In this document: positions 1 to 7,308 of the stretch, in pieces
Numbering within the stretch: position 1 is the stretch's first letter
Layout of the letters: every line of letters starts with the position of its first letter
Source: Cyanobacteria bacterium P01_A01_bin.123
Lineage (GTDB): Bacteria; Cyanobacteriota; Cyanobacteriia; Phormidesmidales; Phormidesmidaceae
NCBI GenBank assembly: GCA_039815185.1
Contig: JBCBZT010000073.1
Span: 1 to 29,893 of the forward strand
DNA: 29,893 nucleotides
Direction of reading: 5' to 3'
The notes under the pieces: model-generated
What the model was told of the DNA's origin: nothing
Database searches by the model: none
The model's input: only the letters and a program-made list of their open reading frames with translations
Translations under genes and position numbers: made by a program

Positions 1-139
1 GAGACCTGTGGATGAAAGCCCAGGGCTATAGTTGACAACTCAGGTTAGAGTTTGCTCCGTGATGCTGAACCGCCCTGTGCGGACCCGCTTGCAGGGTGGT
101 GTGGGAGGGGGGATTCGTGAGGATTCTCCCTATCCCGAT
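1..139 (+). mobile_element. 3' end of a group II intron, class C/IIC-like (end of D4, D5, D6, 3' splice site); 5' part lies outside the window
   Basis: D5 at 69-100 is ACCGCCCTGTGCGGACCCGCTTGCAGGGTGGT: 69-78 pairs with 91-100, CGC triad at 71-73, 2-nt bulge at 89-90, short upper stem. D6 at ~103-136 has a GTGA (GNRA) tetraloop and bulged A132, and the intron ends ...CCCTATCCCGAT at 139. This is the canonical IIC 3' architecture. Confidence 0.92.
3..35 (+). CDS. C-terminal end of the intron-encoded reverse transcriptase/maturase (partial, DLWMKAQGYS*)
   Basis: Frame 3 is open to TGA at 33-35, ~33 nt before D5. The tail resembles, from memory, C-termini of endonuclease-less class C IEPs. Only 10 codons are visible. 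Confidence 0.6.
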   Translation, partial: DLWMKAQGYS

Positions 140-1370
140 TGAGCGGATTACTGCCCGCGTGAGTGATACAGCTAACCCGATGCTTGCAGAACCCCCGTTA
201 CTAGAAGAGATTCAGCAGATTGCAGCTAGCCAAAATACGACTTTGGTGCAGTATTCTTGGGTTGACGGTCGGCCAGATGTAGACGAAAGTCTCGCCCCTC
301 AGCTTTATATCTGGGTGGTAAAACCCACTGGAGAAATCACCCTGAGACAAGGGGATCTGACGCTTTTAGATCGGCCCCTGGTAGACCTGGTGACGCTAAG
401 CCGTGAGTCTATCGGTGCCCGAGGTCGTGCTATCGGTGTCATAGCTGCTAATCCATTCAGTGAACCTAACGTTCCTAGCGCCTCCGAAAATCTCCAGCAA
501 CTCCATCGGTTGTTGATTGACCCCATTGCCGATTTGCTGCCCACCGACCCAGCAGCGCGGGTCACGATTATCCCCCATCAGGCCCTGTTTCTGGTTCCCT
601 TTCCAGCACTACAAGCGTCTGATGGTAGCTATTTGATTGATCGCCACACCCTCCTCAGTGGGCCATCAATTCAAGTCTTGGGCCTAACCGATAATTTACG
701 TCAGGCCAGCAGTCGAGCCCCCGATCGACAAGACGGGTCTGCCTTAGTGGTGGGTAATCCCACCATGCCCGTCTTACCTGCCCCAGCGGGAGAATCCGCC
801 CCGGTGCTCGCGGATCTTCCCGGTGCAGAACGAGAAGCTAGGGCGATCGCAGCCTTACTTAACACCACGGCTCTCATTGGTGACCAAGCCACCGAACCTG
901 CCGTTGTCGAAAAAATGCAGCAGGCCCACACCATTCACCTCGCCACCCACGGATTGCTCGACTGGGGCGATCCCCAAGCCCTCTACCAACAAGACTTTCC
1001 AGGTGCTGTGGCCCTAGCACCCACCCAAGACAGTGATGGCTTGCTGACTGCCGCCGAAATTTTAGACCTCGATCTTGAAGCTGATCTGGTCATTCTCAGT
1101 GCCTGCGACACCGGGCAAGGCCGCATCACTGGAGACGGGGTGATCGGCCTATCTCGGTCTTTGATGGTAGCCGGGGTACCGAGCGTAGTCGTATCCCTCT
1201 GGGCAGTCCCCGATGCACCCACCGCCAGCCTGATGACAGAATTTTATCGCCAGCTCGATCAAGGCCAAGACAAAGCCCAAGCCCTACGGCAAGCCATGCT
1301 TGCCACCCGCGCTCAGCACCCTAACCCACTAGACTGGGCTGCGTTTACATTGATTGGTGAAGCGGATTAG
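140..1370 (+). CDS. 3' exon of an intron-interrupted TPR-CHAT (caspase/HetF-like) protease; CHAT domain intact
   Basis: Motifs HLATHG, ILSACDTG, VSLWAVPD and WAAFTLIG are present, with close similarity to the C-terminal part of 3286..6426. The ORF-track start at 96 is a GTG inside intron D5, so it is probably not the true start. Confidence 0.88.
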
Positions 1371-1404
1371 GCTAAGAGGCGTGAGAGCGTAAAACTCATA
1401 AACC

Positions 1405-2148
1405 ATGACACCCTCTTTAGACATTCGCACTTCAACGGTTCAGGTTCACAGTGGTGCGGTTCAGATCCCGGCGTATTTAGCTGAACCCGTTGGGAAAGGC
1501 CCCTTTCCAGTGGTGGTGGTGATTCAGGAGATTTTTGGGGTGAATGTCCATATTCGTGAGGTAACGGCGCGCTTGGCGCGGCAGGGGTATGTGGCGATCG
1601 CGCCTGCAATTTATCACCGTCAGGTGGCTAATTTTGAAGTGGGCTATGGGCCAGAAGATGTGGCATTGGGACGCAAATATAAGGTTGAGACTCAGGCCGA
1701 TGAGTTGTTAAGTGATGTCCAGGGCTGCATTACCTATACCCAGGCAATGGCAAATACCAAAACTGGCGGGGTGGGCTGTATCGGGTTTTGCTTTGGGGGA
1801 CATGTGGCCTATTTGGCGGCAACGATACCGGGTGTGAAGGCAACGGCATCGTTTTATGGTGCGGGCATTACGACACTGAAGCCGGGGGGCGGTGACCCGA
1901 CGATTACTCTGACGCCTCAAATTACCGGCGTGCTGTATGGCTTTTTTGGCCAGGAAGATGCGCTGATTCCCAATCAGCAGGTAGATGAGATTGAGGCAGC
2001 GTTGAAAACCCATCAGATTACCCACCGGATTTTCCGTTACGCCGGGGCGGGGCACGGCTTTTTCTGCGATCGCCGGGAAAGCTATCAACCGGAGGCCGCA
2101 GCGGATGCATGGGAGCATGTCAAGCAGTTGTTTGTTGAAAATCTATAA
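1405..2148 (+). CDS. Dienelactone hydrolase family protein
   Basis: QEIFG motif, nucleophile GFCFGG, and catalytic His in AGHGFFCD. Confidence 0.93.
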   Translation: MTPSLDIRTSTVQVHSGAVQIPAYLAEPVGKGPFPVVVVIQEIFGVNVHIREVTARLARQGYVAIAPAIYHRQVANFEVGYGPEDVALGRKYKVETQADELLSDVQGCITYTQAMANTKTGGVGCIGFCFGGHVAYLAATIPGVKATASFYGAGITTLKPGGGDPTITLTPQITGVLYGFFGQEDALIPNQQVDEIEAALKTHQITHRIFRYAGAGHGFFCDRRESYQPEAAADAWEHVKQLFVENL

Positions 2149-2250
2149 CCCCAAAGGATTCAAAGTCTCGATAGAATGGAGAGCCCGGCGTTTTTAAACC
2201 CAGTGCCAGCGTATTATCCTTTTTTTCAGCCTGAAGCCACGGAGGCGACT

Positions 2251-3135
2251 TTGACCTTTTCCGCAGAAGATTTTGCTAAAGCCCTAGAGCAACACGATTA
2301 CCAATTCCAGAAGGGCAGCGTCGTCTCAGGCAAGGTGTTTAGCCATGGCTCTGATGGCGTCTATGTCGATATCGGCGGCAAAGCGGCGGCCTTTTTGCCC
2401 CTGAATGAGGTGGCGCTCAAGCAGTTTGACCCGGCCGATTTGCCCGAGATCTTGCCGCTAGACTCAGAGCGCCAGTTTCTCATCACCCGCGATCAAGATG
2501 AAGAAGGCCAGGTAGTCCTCTCCATCCGTCAACTGGAACTCAAAACGCTGTGGGAAGAGCTGAAAGACCAGCAGGACAATAACGAAACTCTGACGGTCAA
2601 AGTGACGGGGAACAATAAAGGCGGCGTGGTAGTAGATGTCCATGGGTTGCGGGGCTTTGTACCGCGATCGCATCTCTCCCCAGTCCCCGAAGACCTTGCG
2701 AGCCTAATTGGATCGACACTGACGGTTGCCTTTTTGGATGTGCGGCCAGATGACAAAAAGTTAGTGTTATCCCAGCGGATTGCTGCCCGCACGACTACGA
2801 TGAGTCGGTTAGAGCAAGGGCAGCTAATCGAAGGCACTGTGGTTAACATCAAGCCTTTCGGTATTTTCGTGGAGTTCGATGGCGTCACTGGCTTGCTGCA
2901 CATCAAACAAATCAGCAAAAACTATGTGGATTCGCTGCCAAATCTGATTCACATTGGCGATTCGATCAAAGCCGTTATCGTCAGTCTTGATGATGTGCAG
3001 CGCCGGATTTCTCTCTCGACTAAGGTACTAGAAAAGCATCCCGGTGAGATTTTGCATGATTTTGCCAAGGTGATGGCGGAGGCAGAGGAGCGATCGGCGG
3101 CGGTGGGTGACTTATTAGCTGAGAGCGATCTATAG
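2251..3135 (+). CDS. rps1b: S1 RNA-binding domain protein (cyanobacterial ribosomal protein S1 homolog B)
   Basis: Three S1 domains (GVYVDIGGK, GLRGFVPRSHL, GVTGLLHIKQIS). The likely start is TTG at 2251, 5 nt after GGAGG (2241-2245), giving MTFSAEDFAKALEQHDY. The ORF track extends to 2176. Confidence 0.88.
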   Translation: MTFSAEDFAKALEQHDYQFQKGSVVSGKVFSHGSDGVYVDIGGKAAAFLPLNEVALKQFDPADLPEILPLDSERQFLITRDQDEEGQVVLSIRQLELKTLWEELKDQQDNNETLTVKVTGNNKGGVVVDVHGLRGFVPRSHLSPVPEDLASLIGSTLTVAFLDVRPDDKKLVLSQRIAARTTTMSRLEQGQLIEGTVVNIKPFGIFVEFDGVTGLLHIKQISKNYVDSLPNLIHIGDSIKAVIVSLDDVQRRISLSTKVLEKHPGEILHDFAKVMAEAEERSAAVGDLLAESDL

Positions 3136-3140
3136 GATAA

Positions 3141-3197
3141 GTCGAAGATCCTCGTAGCAATTGGGCTGCATTTGCCTTGATTGGGGCAATGGAATGA
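3141..3197 (+). pseudogene. Isolated 3'-terminal remnant of a CHAT gene (VEDPRSNWAAFALIGAME*)
   Basis: Translates to the CHAT C-terminal motif with a stop at the same position as WAAFTLIGEAD* (ends 1370) and RNWAAFTLIGAAD* (ends 6426). It is preceded by an in-frame TAA at 3138-3140. Confidence 0.8.
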
Positions 3198-3285
3198 CGT
3201 TTATCGCGATCTGAAACAGGCCCGGAATTTTGGTCTCTGAGCGCGAATAAAGAATACGGGAGACACTACTGCGAGGTTAGGTCGT

Positions 3286-6200
3286 ATGCAAGGGCGCGGG
3301 TGGCGGTTTCTAGTCGCCGGACTGGCCATACTGAGCGGAATGCCGTTGATGGCGTCATCCAATACGCCGCAAACTCCAGCGGATACGGTGCTGATTGAGG
3401 TTGAAGGGACGCTGACAGTCGGGGATGAAATCCTGAGCGATGGTAGTCTCTACGATGTTTATGCCTTTGAAGGGGAAGCCGGACAGGTTTTTACCATTCA
3501 AATGACCAGCAGTGCCTTCGATACTTATCTGATTTGGGTCGATAGTGGTGGGCAAACGCTGGGTGAAAACGACGACACTAGCCTGGATGATACTAATTCG
3601 ACGCTGACGTTGGTATTGCCTGAGACCGGGCAATATCGTGTGTTTGCCAATGCCTTCGCCAATACTGGCCGGGGCAATTATCAGTTGACCATTACATCAG
3701 TTAGCGATCGCGATGCGCTGGGGCTAGAAGCCTTTCGCATCTTTGAACTGGGTTTAGACTTGCGTAGTGCTGGGCAAATTGAAGCGGCATTGCAGGCTTG
3801 GCAGCAATCTCTGGCCCTTTACCAAATCCTAGAAGCCCCTCAGGGTATTGCTTATTCACTCAGTAACTTGGGCGTGGCGTATGGAGCCTTGGGGCAAAAT
3901 CAACAGGCAATCGTCTACTATAGCCAAGCCTTAGAGATTGTTCGGGAGCTAGGCGATCGCCCTAATGAGCTTATTGCTTTAAGCAACCTGGGGCTGGCCC
4001 ATAGTGCCTTGGGTGACTATCAGCAGGCCATTGACTTCCATCGGCAACAGTTAGCCATTGCTCGCGACAATAGCGTTCGCGATGCATTTCCAGCAGAAAG
4101 TCGCCGCAGTGAAGCCGATGCCCTCAATAGTTTGGGGTTGGCCTACGATGCCCTCGGGCAGTATCCAGAAGCCATTGATCATCATCAGCAGGCATTAGCA
4201 ATTGAACGCGAGCTCGACAATCGTCAGGGAGAAGCCGGGTCGCTCAACAATTTGGGGCTGACCTACAGTTCCTTAGGGCAATACCCAGAGGCAATTGAGG
4301 TTTATCAGCAGTCGTTAGCGATTAAACAGGCCATTGGCGATCGTCAGGGTGAAGCCAGCACGTTGGGCAATTTGGGCAACGCGTACGATGCCTTGGGGCA
4401 GTTTCAACGGGCGATTGAGTTTCATCAGCAATCTCTGGCAATCGATCGAGAAGTAGGCGATCGCCAGGGAGAGGCCAATTCCTTGGGCAATTTGGGCATT
4501 ACCTACAACGCGATTGGGCAATATCAACGGGCGATTGAGTTTCATCAGCAGTCATTGGCAATCGACCGAGAAATCGGCAGCCGCCAAGGAGAATCTGACT
4601 CCCTCGGGAATTTAGGCAATGTGTATTACGCCTTGGGTGACTATCAGCAGGCCATTGAATTTTACCAGCAGTTTTTAGCGCTAGCAGGTGAATTAGGCGA
4701 TCGCGGCGGGGAAGCCACGGCCCTGGGCAACCTGGGTATTGTTTATGAAGTGCTGGGTGAATACGCCCAGGCGATTGAGTTTCATCAGCAAAACCTAGCC
4801 ATTAGCCGAGAACTGGGAAGCCGTCTGGGAGAAGCCGATGCCCTCAGCAATCTGGGGTTGGTCTACAACGCCCTGGGGCAACACCAGCAGGCGATTGAAT
4901 TGCATCAACAGGCGATCGCCATCGATCGAGAAGTGGGCGATCGCCAGGGGGAAGCCATTTCCCTTAACAATTTGGGATTGACTTTTCTCAGAACGAATCA
5001 ACTGGCCGAGGCGGAAACAGCGTTGACGCAGTCGATTACAACCTACGAGGCGCTACGGGCGGATCTATCTGATATCCAACTGATCTCCCTAGCCGATACC
5101 CAAACAACCGCTTATGAGCTGCTAATGCAGACTTTAACCGCCCAGGGAAATCCCAGTGCAGCCCTGGCTATCAGTGAACGGGGGCGTGCCCAAGCTTTTG
5201 CCCTGCAACTAGCCCTACGTCAGGATGACAGCAGTACTGAAGCCCCGACAACCTTTCCGACTCTTGCCGAGATCCAGACCATTGCTCGCCGCCAAAATGC
5301 TACTCTGGTCGAATATGCGCTGATTGACCAGCAAGATCTTTACATCTGGGTCGTCCAGCCTTCCGGCGAGGTTACTTTTCGTGCGTTAGAGCTAGATGGC
5401 TTGAATGGTTTCCAAGGCGCGATCGCAACCCTTGACACCCCGATCTACCGTGGCGGCTCCCCATCTGCTCTCGATGTACTGGTGACCGACTCACGGCGGG
5501 GCATTAGCGTAGTTGAAGAAACAGGCAGCAATAATAGCTCCGAATACCTCAAAGACTTGCATCAGCTTTTGATCGATCCGATTGCAGACCTGTTGCCCAC
5601 CGATCCCGAGGCCAATGTAGTATTCGTTCCTCAGGGCAGCTTGTTTCTAGTGCCCTTTGCCGCTTTGCAAGATGCCAACGGCACATACCTGATCGAAAAG
5701 CATACGGTTTTAACTGCCCCCTCAATTCAGGTCTTGGGCTTAGCTGCCAGGGAGGAGCAAGTCGCAACCAGAGGCCAGCCATTGGCAGACGCCTTGATTG
5801 TGGGGAATCCTGTCATGCCTGAAGTTTGGATTCCAGCAGAAAATGGCCTCCAAGAAATTCAGCTTGCGCCTTTACCCGGAACCGAAATGGAAGCATTAGC
5901 CATTGGCGGCTTTCTAAATACATCGCCATTGATTGGCACCCAGGCGACCGAAGCCCAGGTTAAGCAGCAAATGCCTGAGGTTCAACTGATCCACCTAGCA
6001 ACCCATGGTCTGCTTGAATATGGCGACCCGCAATCTTCTGGCATATTCGACGTGCCTGGGGCGATCGCCCTGACACCTGGTGATGGCGAAGACGGCCTGC
6101 TCACCGCCAGCGAAATTTTGGAGATGGATTTACAGGCCCAACTGGCGATTCTTAGCGCCTGTGATACGGGCCTCGGGCGGATTACCGGAGATGGGGTAGT

Positions 6201-6426
6201 TGGCCTGTCTCGTTCCTTGATTACGGCTGGGGTTCCAAGCGTCATCGTTTCCCTCTGGGCCGTGCCTGATGCACCTACGGCAGCGCTAATGACGGAATTT
6301 TACAATCAGCTCCAGGCAGGGCAGCCCAAAGCCCAAGCGCTACGACAGGCAATGTTAATAACGTTGGAGAATCATCCAGAACCCCGCAACTGGGCTGCGT
6401 TTACCCTAATTGGAGCAGCAGATTGA
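3286..6426 (+). CDS. Probably exported PPC + TPR-array + CHAT caspase-like protease
   Basis: Basic/hydrophobic N-terminus; PPC domain (YDVYAFEGEAGQ...FDTYL...ENDD...LPETGQYRV); about 11 TPRs of ~40 aa; ERGRAQAF; HLATHG and ILSACDTG dyad. Confidence 0.93.
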   Translation: MQGRGWRFLVAGLAILSGMPLMASSNTPQTPADTVLIEVEGTLTVGDEILSDGSLYDVYAFEGEAGQVFTIQMTSSAFDTYLIWVDSGGQTLGENDDTSLDDTNSTLTLVLPETGQYRVFANAFANTGRGNYQLTITSVSDRDALGLEAFRIFELGLDLRSAGQIEAALQAWQQSLALYQILEAPQGIAYSLSNLGVAYGALGQNQQAIVYYSQALEIVRELGDRPNELIALSNLGLAHSALGDYQQAIDFHRQQLAIARDNSVRDAFPAESRRSEADALNSLGLAYDALGQYPEAIDHHQQALAIERELDNRQGEAGSLNNLGLTYSSLGQYPEAIEVYQQSLAIKQAIGDRQGEASTLGNLGNAYDALGQFQRAIEFHQQSLAIDREVGDRQGEANSLGNLGITYNAIGQYQRAIEFHQQSLAIDREIGSRQGESDSLGNLGNVYYALGDYQQAIEFYQQFLALAGELGDRGGEATALGNLGIVYEVLGEYAQAIEFHQQNLAISRELGSRLGEADALSNLGLVYNALGQHQQAIELHQQAIAIDREVGDRQGEAISLNNLGLTFLRTNQLAEAETALTQSITTYEALRADLSDIQLISLADTQTTAYELLMQTLTAQGNPSAALAISERGRAQAFALQLALRQDDSSTEAPTTFPTLAEIQTIARRQNATLVEYALIDQQDLYIWVVQPSGEVTFRALELDGLNGFQGAIATLDTPIYRGGSPSALDVLVTDSRRGISVVEETGSNNSSEYLKDLHQLLIDPIADLLPTDPEANVVFVPQGSLFLVPFAALQDANGTYLIEKHTVLTAPSIQVLGLAAREEQVATRGQPLADALIVGNPVMPEVWIPAENGLQEIQLAPLPGTEMEALAIGGFLNTSPLIGTQATEAQVKQQMPEVQLIHLATHGLLEYGDPQSSGIFDVPGAIALTPGDGEDGLLTASEILEMDLQAQLAILSACDTGLGRITGDGVVGLSRSLITAGVPSVIVSLWAVPDAPTAALMTEFYNQLQAGQPKAQALRQAMLITLENHPEPRNWAAFTLIGAAD
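4100..5000 (+). repeat. 120-bp-period tandem coding repeats (40-aa TPR units)
   Basis: An identical 27-mer occurs at 4404-4430 and 4524-4550. 4441-4469 and 4921-4949 match at 28/29 nt. The GDRQGEA..LGNLG..Y motif recurs every 120 nt. Confidence 0.9.
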
Positions 6427-6608
6427 AGTGCTGCCGGGGTTGCGGCTTCCTTTCCCTACTTTTTTCACTCTCAGCAACCCCTGATTAATCAGGTGTTAGT
6501 TCAAAATAGTGATAGACGAAACAACTCACAACGCCCATAATTTGTTTCGAGCAACAATGGGAGCGGTTCTTTCATCACAACATCCGGACTCAATGAGGAC
6601 GAGCAGCC

Positions 6609-7214
6609 ATGACTGCAACCCCATCAACCCTAACTAAATCTGCATCGTTACCCCGATACCGATGGACGACCCAGCAGTATCACGCCGCTGTTAGAGCAGG
6701 ATTTTTGGGTGATGGACGGCTTGAACTATTAGATGGAGATATCGTTACTGTGCCCGTCCCCGATCCGATCCATGAAGCCGCCATCAGACGGTTACTGAGA
6801 TATCTAATCTCGGTGTTGGGGCAAAGGGCACACCTTGAGAAGGTCATGCCGATAGCACTTTCTGAAAACTCAGAACCCATCCCTGATATTGCCGTGGTGA
6901 AGCTGTCAGAGAATGACTACGCGACATCGCACCCCACTCCACAAGAGACTTACCTCCTGATCGAAATTGCCAACAGCAACCCCGAACGCGATATCAAAGC
7001 TAAACGGTTGATCTACGCTCAAGCTGGTATCCTCGAATACTGGGTATTTGACTTGGACGCCCGTGAGATGAGGGTCTTCCGAGCACCTAAAGGTGAAGCG
7101 GGTACGGCAGACTACGGCATTGATACAGTGTGGAATACAGATACGGTCAGTCTTTTAGCTTTCCCCGACATTGAACTGTCAGCCACGACACTCAAGCAGC
7201 TAGCTTTCAATTGA
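6609..7214 (+). CDS. Uma2 family (DUF820) putative PD-(D/E)XK endonuclease
   Basis: RLELLDGDIV, PIPDIAVV, LLIEIA, KRLIYAQAGILEYWVFD. Confidence 0.92.
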   Translation: MTATPSTLTKSASLPRYRWTTQQYHAAVRAGFLGDGRLELLDGDIVTVPVPDPIHEAAIRRLLRYLISVLGQRAHLEKVMPIALSENSEPIPDIAVVKLSENDYATSHPTPQETYLLIEIANSNPERDIKAKRLIYAQAGILEYWVFDLDAREMRVFRAPKGEAGTADYGIDTVWNTDTVSLLAFPDIELSATTLKQLAFN

Positions 7215-7308
7215 GATTGAGTCGTAACTGGCGACTGCGTCGTTGCCCCACCTAAGAGCGCAACGGAACACGCTTACTTCACGCCTTCGATTTTGTTGTT
7301 CTCGGGGA

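Noticed and set aside
96..139. ORF-track N-terminus MVWEGGFVRILPIPI of the first CHAT ORF
   Set aside because: It is a translation of intron D5/D6 RNA structure, not real CHAT sequence.
3277..3283. GTTAGGT just before an ATG as an integron attC R' core
   Set aside because: No complementary RYYYAAC R'' box or attC-like dyad upstream, and no integrase in view.
3141..6426. Diversity-generating retroelement (scar at 3141-3197 as template repeat, CHAT 3' ends as variable repeats, RT nearby)
   Set aside because: Mismatches between the copies are not confined to adenines of one copy (T/C and G/A changes occur in both directions), the match is short, and the RT is tied to group II intron domains.
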